64,000 nucleotides of DNA, taken from Botryllus schlosseri (taxonomy: Eukaryota). Position numbers and translations under genes: made by a program. Numbering within the stretch: position 1 is the first letter of the stretch; every line of letters begins with the position of its first letter. Below, piece after piece: positions 28,701 to 43,700 of this stretch. The notes under the pieces are model-generated. The model did not search any database. It was not told the DNA's origin and saw only the letters and a list, made by a program, of their open reading frames with translations. The stretch is taken from contig CM119372.1 of NCBI GenBank assembly GCA_051294905.1, positions 21,950,001-22,014,000 on the forward strand, in the 5' to 3' direction.

Positions 28701-31700
28701 AGCTACCACACATATTCTACCTCTTTCTCCATGTGATCCTATGTATATGACAATCATGTCCGCACTCATGTTGTCGTCACTTTCAGCAAAGTCTTTTAGG
28801 ATAGTCTTCATTTCCTATAAAGTTATCATAAAATGTTGATGAACTCCGCCCCACTAGATGCACTAGGCACAAACTGTTTCTCACTATCAATTCTCCCTCT
28901 GTGAGAGCTAGCATGACTTTTCCTCCAACAAGTTAAATTAATTCAAAATATTGGAGGTCGCTGATACAAGACCTACCACCGCTGTGTGTTCTAGAGGTTG
29001 AGGAAACACACCATGCTAACGGGCTGTGGTACTTATAATAATGAATGTCACAGATTACTGCAGGGGTGGGCAATTATTTTTCTCCGCGGGCCAAATGAGA
29101 AGCAGAAATATGTTGGCGGGCCAAGTCAGAAATGTTATAGAATATCCAGCCTAGTGGTTTTATTTCTAAATTGGGAGCAGTGAATTACACGAATTGGTGC
29201 TCAGTCGATGTGTTGATATTGGGGTATGACAAAGTGCCGGTTAATTACCCAAAAAAATATTTGTTTGCCGTCATATTTTTAAACAATGGTAAACATGATA
29301 CATTTTAAAGTCTCTTTAAACCCCTATCCGCTTTTTCTACCAATACATTAAAATGTATTTGGAATGGCAGTAACAACCCCTCGTCATCCCCCCAAACGTT
29401 GGTCTTGGCCCCCCTATAGAGTTCTAAACCAAGCTCCTGGGGGCTTTGCCCTCCAGATCAGCCCCCATCGAGATGCACGATGCACGAGATGTCTTGTATA
29501 CACTGATTAACAACGCTTACAGCCCAATCGTGCGAAGCGCCGAATTTTTTCATAATTCAATCGATCAATAATATTGGTAATTGTATACATATTGCAATAT
29601 TATTTAACCTCTCTGCCCAAGTAGTGGCCTAGTCAATTTTACCGCTAGAGCTGAGCGAGGTATTGTCTTGGAAATATTCGGGAGGGCCCGTTGGTATAAT
29701 TACTTCGTTACATGTTGTTATTTCGTGACCTCCCGTCTGCTATGAGAAAAGCTATTGAAATCACAAAAGCGTACCAAACTAAAAAGACGCACCCGATTCC
29801 CGATTGGTATTTCTTCACCGCCAAATATTGCCTATGGAGAATTGGACTTCATGGTTTTCGGCCAACATAAGGGCAGTCCTTTTCGGCCAAGGTTTTCTCG
29901 CTGTTGAGCTTTTTCCCTTTACTTAGTTAATTTGATCAGCAGTTGCAATTGCAGTGCCTTCTCGGAATCCCGTATTGGCCTAAATTTCATTTATCTTGGT
30001 GCATCGTGGCGCGGTAATGGCTAACGCCGAAATGCCCAATTCTAAAAACCATATCTCTAAATCGCACGGAGCGCGAGAAAAATTTGAATGAAGTTGCATA
30101 AATTTTCAAAAAATACCCTATAATTTATGTTCATTCACGAAATAATTTCTGGCACCTGTCGAGCTCGCCACCCAATTGGGGGGTTTGGGGTGCGGGAGTT
30201 ACGGTCCTGAGGATAATATATAGCTTATTGTTTTGGTAGCTGGTTTCCAAGACGTGTGCGCTGTGCAGCTTGCCGAAATGGCCTCGTTGTTTAGCCAAGG
30301 TTGCAGCTTGCAGTTATTAACAATCTTTGAATTTCAACTTTCGGCTTTCTTTTTTTGACATCCTTTATGGGTGGTGATATATTCATAGAAATGTTGAGCA
30401 CTGATTCACTTGTTTTACGAATTATGGATTTGGAAACACATCATGTAACAATTCGAAACACAGATCTTGTAATGCGTAATGTGACAATGGCAACAAAAAA
30501 GGCTTGGTGACTTCTTGTGACTTTAATTCTAACGACATAATCTGCTACATTGACTTTACTTTGAATCTGGACTAGGCTTGTGAGGTACGTGTAGGCTGCG
30601 TAATCGCGGTATGATAATGAACAGGCTTGATAGTAAACTTTATACTTCCTATGGTTTTAGTCCACGCAGCAACATTAAAAAGTATGTTTTATATTTCAAA
30701 TTTCAAGCAACCTTTGGCGGGCCGCACAGAATCGCTTCGCGGGCAGCATTTGGCCCGCGGGCCGCACTTTGCCCAGGCCTGGATTACTGCAATCAGAATG
30801 CTCGGGTTTTAGGAGTAGTTTTTAACAAAGTAACACCAATCAAGTAATTGTGAGAAACAAATAGAGGGCATAGCAGGGTTGCAATCGAGTCACTACCTTC
30901 GAGTTGCACGGCAATATAGAGTCGAGTCGGGTCAAGTCATATGAAATTTTCCGACTTCCATTCTACATAAAGTAGGGTTACCATACGTCCTCTCTAAGAG
31001 GATTTGTCCTCTATTTTGACTTTATTGAAAGTGTCCTCGGAGGACGCCCAAATGTCTTCTTTAATGAGATTTTGTCCTCTTTTTTTGAGAATTTTGGTTA
31101 AATATAGGGTAAAATTCGACTGAGATACAGTAAATCAGCACTGAGGTAATGGCCCGGCGGCTATTTCGGGAGCTGAGCCGGATTTTTCTCCAGTATTGTA
31201 AGTAAGAAGATTTTGAAAAATTGCCTCTTTTCAGATTTCCAAAATATGGTAACCCTAATATAAAGTCATTAAATTACAACATTTTAACTCGTTGATGTGC
31301 AAATGAAGATGCATATTAGGGTTGTCCAAAATTTGGAATGTCCCAAAAATGCTCCGTTGTAGTGTCACATTCTATAGATTATTATTGATAAAAAACAGCT
31401 ATGAGCCTAAAAAGGTCACAGCAGCATATCTTGCTGAATAGGCGTTCAAGGAATCTGCTACGGCGGTGATTCTGAAAGCGCATTGTCGGTAGGCTGGCAG
31501 CAAATGATTCAAGATTTCTTCAGGGCATGTTGAGTTACGAAATTCACGATGAAAAAACAACAGCTGCCTCACAAAAACTTCAACAGAATGACTGCTTCAT
31601 TTTAAAACCGCTGTAGCCTACATGTACTGTTTTCATCGAGGGACAGCTAAGGCGCTTATGTAAGGGGCAGAAGGGATCCATCATCATTGGATAAAATTAT

Positions 31701-34700
31701 GAAGTTCAACTATGACTCTATACTTTGTGCGATCTTATTGGGCTCAAATTGTGATGCTTAATTGAAGTTTTGAATGCTCTAGTGATCGGCTGAAAATTTT
31801 GGACAACCTTAATACTAATGTTTGGCATGTGCTAGACCAGCAGTTCTCAACCTTTTTTGTTTTCGCGAACCCCCTTTGAACCGTAACGTTTTCCCCGAAC
31901 CCCGAATGCTGTGTGATGATCATGACTTCGGAAATGTGTTATTTCAAGAAACGTTCCTGGCTTTGTACCATGTCTCGTATGCTGCGACATGGCCAATCAA
32001 AGTTTCAAGGCTTCCTCAGTGGAAAATTGTATCAAAACTATAATTCTTGTTAGTAAATTAACTTCAGTTGCGAGGGGCGTATAATTTCAGTACAGTACAA
32101 TTTGTAGGTTTTGCGGACACCCTGAAATTGTCTCGCAAACCCACAAGGCTCCACCCCCCGGTTGACAACCACTGTGCTAGACTGTGTCAGAAATTTATAA
32201 GTTTTTAGACAAAAACTCACAGCGGCCGTCTTGTTTTCATGAGACTCTACTTGAAATTGCAGTTTTGCTAACAGCTTTTTCATGTTCTTGGAATCCATAA
32301 CAGCTCCAGCCCGATCGTTCATTCTGGAGGACAAACAATAGGATTCATCGCTTACACTGTTTTTACATTTTAAATATTTTTCAATTTTAATTACATTTGA
32401 ATATAATCACTATACAGTATACACAGTATACATATACATGATACAAATTGAACTGAATCCCTATCGCTCAATAGAAGTCAGCGGGAGTAAAACAAACTTC
32501 AATATCGTAGTGACTGAAGCTAATTTGTACTACAAGAACTAATATGTGAGTCACAATGAGTTTTTCCAGCTTTCAAGCTGACCTTAGAACCAGATCCCTG
32601 TACCAGTGTATTTATCATACCCGCAAATTTGACATCAGCACAACACCGATGGCCAATTGTTCGGTTCGAAAAATAAGTATCACTATGCATTTCTTAAAAC
32701 GAGACTGATGCTCATGTGACGTGAGCTAAGCAAATTCACTAATTAGTAGGGCTATTTTTTTAGACATGTCAAAATAAGTCAAAATTTTGTCAAAATTGCT
32801 TACCAAGTCAAAATTTTTTTGCAACATGTATTTTGTTTGTAACGAGGATGTTTGCACTGTGGGTGAACTTATCATTTGACATTTTACAGCTTGTAGCCTA
32901 TTTTATAGGTCTATCGCAGAAGACAGCCTATTATCAGCTCATTATGAACCATGAACAGTAAATGAAACATATAGGCTGACATGGTGGTATGCTTAACATA
33001 CTGCAATATCCTAACTGAATCAAGACTGCATGGGCATTGCATGGGCTTATATCAAGCGCATGATGAAAAATTGTGATGTAGACATTGTCAGAATGAAGCA
33101 ACACGGTGTGTCACCAGCACTCCAGCAGTGTACGAGCAACTTCAGTGTTACCAGCCAACAACTGCTGCTGTTGAACGTTCTTTCTCCAGTAAGGACAGTG
33201 CAACTGTAGACAGGCTCAGTAGGCCAACTACTGGAATTCTTCATAGGTCCAGATTTCGTCAAAATTAAATTTTTTCTTGTAAAAATTTGTCAGTTTCTAA
33301 GCCAAAATAAGTTTTTCCAGGGCAAATTATTTCGTAAGGATTGCCAGTTCCAACCAGAAATGAAGCTAAGTAGTACAATTCTAACATTATGTGGGAAAAC
33401 ACCTAATTTACATACATGAGGTCAAAATTTGGCAGAAATGAAGCTTTTTAAGGTCAAAAAATGTCAGCATTTCGATTGTTGGGGTAAAAAAATCGCCCTA
33501 CTAATTAGTAATCAGACAAAGCGACGTCAGAGGATAAAACGTGACATAGCTTCACAGGTCAACTTCGAGGCACACAAGCCAAGAAACACCGTCTTTTCTC
33601 TGAATTAGATGAACAAATGTATGTTCTTAGGTGATCGTTTTTAATCGGAGCGCTAATTGGACAGTGTGTTTGTGTAAGCAGCCCAAAACACCGTCATAGT
33701 CCACGAATAATTTTCAAAATGCGAGCTAGTCAATGCGATGTCTGAACTTTATGCTGTTGTAAATAAGAGAGCAATTAGTGATTTGATGCACGCTTTCCAG
33801 TTTGTAATCATCTGGTTTATGAATTCATTCTAGTCTACTTGATACACTCATATTCTTGAATTGTTGCGCAATGTAGCTTCTGAGCATGTTGTTCAATCCG
33901 TTACTGGCACGGTGCATTGTGCACTGTGTTGAATTAAGTTGTCAAATATTGATTACCAGATTCTCGAAATGTTACATCAGTGTTTTAATGCTGTACTGTA
34001 CATAGCAATGGCAGAGACTAGAGTGTGTTCTCGTGCGGCTGTGAGGGCCATTCATGTTCACTAGGGCTGTTCAAAAATAACTTTTTTTCCTGAATCTTGC
34101 TGGTTACTTGATTAAATCGTTAGGTTGCCTTAAAAAACGACGCACACCGAATTTGAATTCATTCCGACAAATATTCGCGGTTTATGTAGATTTTGAAAAT
34201 TTTGGATTTGCCCAAAAACGCCAAAAATTTTTTTTTTCAAATTTTTCTGCCAACCCCATGAAATTGTTGGGCTGTCTTCAAAAACTATGCAAAACAAATT
34301 TGACTCAATTCCAAGCCGTAGAAGCGGAGTTATTTCAGTTTTTATTCGATAATTCTGGGATTATCCTTGATTGGTGGATAATCCAAGAATTATCACCGAA
34401 AAACTGGAATAACTCCGCTTCTACGGCTTGCAATTTGATCAAATTTGTTTTGCATAGTTTTTGAAGACAGCCCAACAATTTCATGGGGTTGGCAGAAAAA
34501 TTAAGAGAAAAATTTTTTTTTGCGTTCTTGGGCAAATCCAAAATTTTCAAACTCTACGTAAACCGCGAATATTTGTCGGAATGAATTCAAATTTGGTGTG
34601 CGTCGTTTTTTAAGGCAACCTAACGATTTAATCAAGTAACCAGCAAGATTCAAGAAAAAAAGTTATTTTTGAACAGCCCTAATGTTCACTGTTCAGCTGC

Positions 34701-37700
34701 AACTGTTGTTACCGAGGTTCAGAGCCGGAGCAGTGGTATCAATGAGCTCCGGAGCTGGAGTCTAGTTATCATAGAAAAGAGCTACAGAGCTGGAGCAGTT
34801 TATGATTCGGGCTTGCTCCAAAGCCCTGGCTTCCTCAATATAGTGTAAGTAATTTGATTCACGTCACTTTACAACGGCAGACTCGCCTCAACCCATTAAT
34901 CATAGAACATCAATTTCAAGTGTCAACTAGACAATTTCATGTCCTGGGATAGGCTTACTTCTTATCAAAAAGCCACAATCACTCGCTTGAGGTAGGCCTA
35001 TGTAATGTCCTAATTATACTATTCTCAAGGAAAAAAAAACAGTACAAATATAGCAGAACGCTTTGCAACCAATCCATGGTTATAATTTATTATATAAGCA
35101 GTAAACCTAACGATTACAGGAAATTGTAGGCTATCAATCCCAGTACTTATGTTTCTGAGATTGAGGCAACGGGATTCCACAAAAACTATGAACAGTGTGC
35201 TTGCTCGCGAGTAGACAATGTGGCTCCAAATACGATCGGGCCGAAGCTCATCACCAATTTTTACAATGTTTGATGACAAACATTGATATGTTAGGCTGTT
35301 ACGGGAATTTGAAATTAAAATACACACTAGAATATTAACAAAATTACGAGAGCCTGAATACGATTAATGGTCTTCTGTTGATCGTCGTCAGATGGGTGAT
35401 GATTCACCAAATAACAACAGAAGGCCATCACAGTTGAAGAGTCACATTGATTGATAGCGCATAATATGTAGTAAACTGCTAACGAATGTGAATTTCTTTG
35501 AACAACCGCGTAACAATTTGGCATCCACTGCGACTTCACAATGAGATGGTAGAGCACCCAGCTTCTTGCTCGGTAGGGTGTGGGATTGATCCATGGCTGG
35601 TCCAGACCAGAAGATTCATCATAAAATTAATATCCGCTAACCACTATTTATGAGTACGTAATAGTTAATAATTGATGAAGGTAAAAATTAATCTTCAACA
35701 CCACTGTGATTGTAGTAATCAATGGTTACAGGACCACATTCCACCATCTATCAAATCCTATAACTGAAGTCACAACTTAATATTATATTGGTTTTTAACA
35801 CTAACAGGGCATGGCATTAAATTGTTTTATTGGTAAGCGGTTGCTTGACAACCAACACCACACATGTTGCAAACTAACTATCTTAAAAAAGGATCACAAT
35901 TTATTCAACGTTTAGACTGTCCTCAAGACAATTATTACACTTTGTGAACCCGGGGGGCTATGCCAACTTAAACAATTTATCATTCGAAAATCGTCAACTT
36001 GTACTGTTTGTATCTGCATCATTTCTCACTGAAGTTTCTGAATGTAAAATTTTATGTTATGTGAGATCATAATTAGTTATAACAACCTTGCAAGGTTAGA
36101 AAAATTGTACTATAGGCGACGATGATCCCTGACGAGTGTCAGCTCGATAAGCTCCGGGTAATATGTATGAATAAATTTTCCAAAAATATAATTGGATTAT
36201 CACATACCTTGATGATGGAGAGAAGACGTGGTTGTTGATGATTAACGCTCTATTGGCTCCATTATTTTGCACTCGATACGCCTGAAACAACATAGTATTA
36301 TAACAGAAGTAATGCAATCCCAAAACATCACGGCCAGTTGCAAAGAACGTATACAAGATATAAATAAAACTATTGATATTCCCAGTATGTCAAGTCGATA
36401 TCAGTGGTTCTCAACCTTTTGGACTTCGCGGACTGGTAAAACTTCAATATAAATGTGGCAGACCAGGTTCACCGCTAAATTTAATTGCGCAATGCATGCA
36501 ACTAGAATGTAATATTGGAAGCTTATGTAATGCTGAGTTTTTGATATTGAAATTTCTGTCGGGCAAAGCTCGCGCGGACCTGGTAAAGTCCACAAGCTTG
36601 ATTGTGATTTCTCTTTATTTTTTTAAAGAAATACATCATTGCTGTTTGCTATCGCCTCTATTTTACTGCCAAGTGTGGCTTGATTGCACTGTCGGAATTT
36701 CACCACGTTCATTCAAAATTCTTCGCAGCTTTCACATCTAACTTGTCTGAAACGAGTTGTAGGCTACTTTTAAACAGTTTCGTACAACACTTGCAAAGTT
36801 AGTAGGGGTCTTCAAAAATGACTTTTTTTCTCAAATCGTACTGGCTACTTGATAAAATTGTTAGGTTACCTAATTTAAGCCTTCACACCAAATTTGGTTC
36901 AATTCCAACCAGTAGCCGCATTGCTACAGGAGAAGAAAGTTCCTATTCATTATATAAAAATAAATAACAAAAAATCTGAAAATTTTCTGTCTCACCCCAT
37001 GAAAGTGTTCTGTTGTCTATAGAAACGATGATCACCAAATTTGGTTCAATTCCAACCAGTGGAAACGGAGCTATTGCCGTTGAAAAATTTGGATTATGAA
37101 TAAAATAGTATTTACGGTGACCAATTCTTCAATTATTTATTATAGTGGTAAATACTACTGTAAATACTATTTTATTCAAATCCAAATTTTTCGACAGCAA
37201 CACTCCGCTTCCACTGGTTGGAATTGAACCAAATTTGGTGAACATCGTTTCTATAGACAACAGAACACTTTCATGGGGTGAACAGAAAATTTTCAGATTT
37301 TTTGTTATTTATTTTTATATAATGAATAGGAACTTTCTTCTCCTGTAGCAATGTGGCTACTGGTTGGAATTGAACCAAATTTAATTTGGTGTATGGGCTT
37401 AAATTAGGTAACCTAGCAATTACATCAAGTAGCAAGTAATTTTTGATGAAAAAAGTCATTTTTGAAGACCCCCATTGTACAGTTCGCCCAAAGTAGACCA
37501 TCTACTCTCTATTCCTTCACCATGTGGAAAATAACGTTCCAAAATTCTAAATCAATTTGAAATTTGATGTTTCATTTCTCTAATTAATGGATATATAAAA
37601 CTCTGAAACTTGTCACCAATGGGCGGTTGAGAACCACTAGTCCAGAGGTCTCAAACTCACATGTACTCGCGGGCCAATTTCCTAATTTTTGATGACGCCG

Positions 37701-40700
37701 CGGGCCGCAGCATCAATAATAGGGGTATTCAATGTATAATACCAAAGTAGGCCATATTTGACGGCACCTTGCTGACAGGCATTCTACAAACATCGTGAAA
37801 ATGTAATTTACTACTATACAAGTCACGCTTGGCACGAAAAAATCACATTTTCAAATATTTGAATAAAATAGTTTTTGAGCCGGGCATAATTTGTTAAAAT
37901 AATGAGTTATAGACATCTTGCTAGAGGACGCATGATGACACCGTAAAAGCTGTGGGGTTATAATATTGGAGCTAGTGGACCTTGACGTTCCACAATTTTT
38001 TACGTGGAATATTTTAGAATTCACTAAAGATTGATCCTATATCAGAGCATGAGAGCGATGTAGCCAAATCGGGGTTACTAATATTGTCGTGACAAGTTAG
38101 GCTGTTGTTACTGTCATTGCCAAAGTCAAATTAAACCAGCGTTACATTTTCTCCGATTAGTATTGGAACAGATCAATAACAACTTAAATATAATCAGTAG
38201 TGTGCCATAGTAATAGCATTAATTCTTAACCCTTTTTGCGATCGTACCCCTTGTGATTTGAATAAGATTTCACGTTCCCCCTGTCCATTTTCAACACAAT
38301 TTGTGATGGTACATATATTAAAATCAGAAAGCCAATTCACATGAAATATCGCGTAGCGCGAAGACTATTTTCCAGTTGAATAAAATGGCCCAGAAAATAT
38401 TCCTCAGCATATAGGCCTCTTTCCACAATGCATCTCGTACCCTCTGATGTGGTGCTTCGTACCACGAATGGGGCTACGGAACCTCATTAAGAATCCCTGT
38501 AATAGAAATGCGCAAACGTCGAAGAACTCATTGGTGTTACAGCTGAGGACCGTACCATTACTTTACTTGCCACCGATAATAACATGGATAAAGAGAACAA
38601 ACAACACCTATGACGTAACCAAATATACGTCACGGGGACCACAGAGTGCCAATGGTTTCCATACAGACCTGATTCGATATCTATATTCCCTTCGCAACGC
38701 AAGGTACGGGCTTTTGATATTCCCCATGACAGTTTTATAGATTGCTGCGTCTGTAGGATTACCAAGTCATCTATTCCGAGACGCAAGTCGGTATTTCTCT
38801 GATTTTAATGCTTGACCCGACTCAGCTCAAGTCATTTTTAGTTTATCACCCAGCCAATCAATCCAAAATCGAGTAATTTTACGAAAGGTCGCACCAAACA
38901 AAACCACAATTTTCAGTCACGAATCATCAACGGGTCATGTTTTATTATCATGAACCGGAAATGAGACGTAATAGCGATCTTCCACCGGATCGTAGATTTT
39001 AGAAGTGATGTGATAGTGAAATTTGTTTAGATTTCAGATTTTTTTAGTAGTGTTAGAGTGAACTTAAAGTTCTTAAATCTAAAAAAGATATATGACACTG
39101 GAATATATTGTCGAATACTTGAAATTCCAAAATGCCTTCGCGGGCCGCACAAAATGTTCTCGAGGGCCGCCTGTTTGAGACCTCTGCACTAGTCTATATT
39201 GCATTACGTCGTTTCATCTACAAGTCTTCTTCCACTTCAACGGTTTCCAGACCATTACCTCCACTTGTCATCGTCAGCTACGATTAGGCCTTAAGTACTC
39301 AAATCCGAGTCAAGAATCAAATGTAACGATTCGAGATAGGTAGTGAGAGTCAAAGTTTTCGAGTACCGTAATTTTCCGAATATAGTTCGCCCCCATGTAT
39401 AATATGCACCCTTAAAATGGCGTGTAAATTCTGGGAAAAAGCCTGTACCCATGTATAGTACGCACCCTGCATTCGCAGTACATGAATAGTTGTGTTTGAG
39501 TACACGATGTTGTTCTGTTTTGCGATGTCACTGTCGAACAATCATGACATAACCATCGCCATCGCTAATCATAATACAATTAACGGCATTGTCTCTAAAC
39601 GAGAGTAGATAGTAGCCAAAGCCTGCGAGGCCGGCGACACTATAGTTCAGGTTAGCGACACACGACGTCTTTCGCACGAGGCCAATTACAACTACAGATG
39701 CGATTGCTCAGGCTTAACGGTTATGTCGGCGCACCAGTTCTGTTGGAGATGCAACTGATTACGCAAGCAATTATATCTTGCGCACATGGCCTCTTGTGTA
39801 TGCGATTGTTAAGGCCTGTCGTTGACGCGATGAATCAGCAAGGATTGCCCTTGTAGCGACCTAATTTCGCTCGCGTACAAACGGCAACCTAACTCAGTAA
39901 GAGATCGCGTGCTGTGCCGTCGACTCTCGTTAATTGGCAACACACTTTTCGTTAATTGGCAACACGCTTCTCTATTTGGCAGCGCCTTAAACTCTCTATA
40001 ATACGAATTACGGGCACGATGGCTAGAGGTGATGCGCGATTGGAAACAAACATGAAGAAAGGTGTGATTTCAAGTTTTTGATCGAGGGAGATTTTTTTTC
40101 AAGGCTTGCTGTACCCATCTATAATACGCACCCCCTATTTTAGGGCAAAAAATCGGTAAAATTTTGCGCATTATACATGGAAAATTACGGTAAGATATTC
40201 AGACAATGAAAATTATAGTTTAGACTCGGCTTATCCTAATTCAGCAAAACATGTTGCACAAAGCTACACATAATCATTAAAACGACCAGAGGCATTGTCA
40301 CAAAGCGACATGTAGTAATTATGGTCAAGAAGTACTACATTTTTTCCGATTACATGTCACTCGTTGCTCGACATTATTTACTATAGACTTCGTCACAGTT
40401 TGGCAAAGAGTGGTTTCAATTCCTACTGTAATCTCCGAGATGACATGGCACTTCCTAGCAGAGATGGTCAAAGTAGTCAAGGCTACTCAAGTAGAAGTAG
40501 AAGTAGCGACAAAAAATCTACTCGAATACGAGTAGAAGTACTTCTTCTACAAGCCACCTAAAACTACTTGAAGTAGAAGTAGAATTGACTGACTTTAAAT
40601 CTACTCAAGCAAGTAAGTAGTTTTGAAAACTGTCTGAATTCGTTCGCATGGACTGTCAAAAGCTGCAAAAAATTGAGCTATGCAGAAGGTGCAAAGAGCT

Positions 40701-43700
40701 TGATTTGTATATTGATGCATCCCAGGAGGTATAAATTTTCGACAGAATAAGTATTTTTTCGCATCATGGGATGTAAATTATAGTATTGATCAATGTTCCA
40801 GCTAATTTCTGACCAGTCAGCGCACACTCACCAACTTACTGCGCAGACCCTTGGATAACAGTGTGTAACGACAAAAAAAGGTCATCACTTCGGATTTTTT
40901 GTGCGCAACTAAGATTTTCTGTGCGCAGAGACCATGTCAGCACTGCGCATTTGCGCACGTGCGCAGCTTAGAGGGAACATTGGTATTGATAGGAAAATGC
41001 GATACTAACCCCGGTTTAGAGAACATCATGGCATGGCGCCCTACCCCATATTATAAGGCTCCAAGTTTAGGCGAAGAGCAATACGGAGTAGTTGTATCGG
41101 ATACGGTTTCAACACTTTGCGCGATTAGTATACGTTAACATCAAATATTGTGGATCGTAAAAGTTATATTTAGTGTAGCTTTATTTTCGGAAAATATAGG
41201 CCTTACCACACTTGCTTTTATTCTTCAAAATGTATGTCTGCAGACAAAAGAACTGAAAGTAATTATTGAACTCAAGTATGATACTCGGGAATTGAAAGTG
41301 AAATACAAATACCACCTCTAAAAAGCGGGAAATATATTTCATGTCTTTTGACCATGAAGCTTCAAAGGTGATCTGCTAAAACAGGGGTAACGTTCAATAA
41401 AGCCGGATTTTCCAGATTAGCAGGACATATTATGGGCTGCTAGATTACGATATGATAACACTGGGCGACATCATTTTTCTTTTCTTGCAAAAATGATGAC
41501 AATTACCGTAATTTTCCATGTATAATTCGCCAAATTTTCCCGAATTTTTGGCCTAAAATCGGGGTGCGTATTATGCATGGGTACAAGCCTCGAAAAATAT
41601 CTCCCTCGAAACATAACTTGAAATCACCCTCTCTTCATGTTTGTTTTAATCGTGCATCACATTCAGCCATCATGCCCCGTAATTCGTATCATCAGTGTTA
41701 CGCGCTGCCAATTAGCGAGAAGCGTGTTGCCAATTAGCGTCTGCGCTGTACAAGAGCAAGCGGTCTCCTGCTGAGTTGGTTTGCCGTTTGTACACGAGCG
41801 AAATTAGGTCATTGGATTGCTGCACGCGCACGCGGCAATGCTCGCTAATTTATCACGTCAACGACAGGCCTGAACAATCGCATTAACAACACGCCATGTG
41901 CGCAAGATGTAATCGCTGGCCCAAACACTGTAGTCGCATCTCCAACAGGCCCTGTGCGCACGACATAATCGTTTGCCTGAGCATTGACCAATCGCATCTA
42001 TAATAGGACTCGTGTGCAAGATTTTTTATAATCTGTGATTTAAAATTTTGCATTTTAGTGCTAAAGAAGCCTGTTCTGTGACGTATTCTTTGCTGTTTGG
42101 TCATAGCTATCACCATTGTGACGTCATGAGCGGTGGTCAAAGTACATACCATAGGTACTCAAGTAGAAGCAGAGGTAATGGCGTCAATTTCTACTCAAGT
42201 AGAAGAAGTAACTGCGTCAATTTTTAGTCAAGTAGATGTAAAAGTAAATTTTACAAGTATGTAAAAAAGTCATTATATAGGCCTAGTTTTTGATATCACC
42301 ATCAATTTAATGATATTTTCTTCCTTTCAAAACATCACAAGACTGCAATGCAATGAAAAGATGGGAAAGCGTCGAAGAGACTTGGAGTAGTCTTTGAAAT
42401 TAGACATCAGAAAACTTATCAGACCTTGGCCCAGGCGATGTAAATAAGAGGTATGCACAGCACAATGAATGAATAATAAAGCGACATTGAGGCTGTGAAG
42501 CATTTGAAAACAAAAATATTTACCATTTGGTGTGCCAATATGGTTGAAAGAGAGCCACATGGGCATGGAAAAGATTGTTACTTTTGCTAATGTTTTTAAT
42601 TTTATTTATTGTCAAAAATCAGCATAAAATTCCATATCCAATTTGACTTGCGCAATACGACCGATTTCTCATGGCCAGATGTTACAATTTCATTGCCTTC
42701 AAAAGTTTTAGCAGCAGTTGACGAAAATTCTCTCGGTGAAGAGTCTTTGTTTGAAGATTGTTCTCAGCATGTGTGTGATGGTGATTAGCAGCTATATAAA
42801 GGCTGAACCAAATAACTGAATTTGCCAAATTAATCTGCTCTTGCTGTAGGTTCCAGATTAAAAGCCAAACATATACTTGGCACTGATACCACTGTTGCTT
42901 CGTATATGCACCGTGATAGCGAATACACATACGCTTCTTTGCCTCCGGACCCTCTTTAGTGTATTGTGTCGATGTTCAAGGTCTCATAGAGACATTGGGA
43001 ACTGTGAATTGCGCCTATTTATTTATGCACCAACACCAAGCCTAAAGGCTGTTTTGTTGCACAATACAAATCAATGTGCTTCTATCCCTGTAGCTGGTAC
43101 AACCGGCATTAAGGGGTCTTATGAGAATATGAAACTTTTGATTTCAAATTTGGAATATAGTACTCGCACTACTCAAACGTGTAATGTTTCGTTTGATTTT
43201 GAATACATAAATATGCTACTGGTTCAACTGTCTAAAACCGCAAGGCGTCATTCTTTTATGTGTGAATGGGACAGTAGAAATCATTGACTTAAAGGTAAGT
43301 GACCGATGAGGGATTATCTTACAATTCAGGCTATAAAATGTTTCAGAGCCTGCTCTTATCGACAGATCTAATGTTGTATTTCCACTATTATATACCATTT
43401 TAAAGGCTCTGATCAAAGAGAATGCATGTTCTAAATACATTCACGAAAGGTTTCCTAACTTGAGTTAATGCAGGAAATGGTGTATTGGTAGGACCTGAAA
43501 TCAGAACACTCACCAAAACCCCCTATTTCTTATTAGGAAGGCGGATTTGGGAAAAATACATGACTCTCTTTCATCTTAATTTCTTGGAAATACCAAGGAT
43601 CCCGATTATTTGAAGGGTTTAATTTAAGATAATAACACCTTAAATCCAATAAAGTACGTTGAGAGCTTTGTAGGATGTATTTCGTATTAGATACGGACCT

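Noticed and set aside
34108..34550. Pair of similar ORFs on opposite strands
   Set aside because: Artefact of the palindromic MITE.
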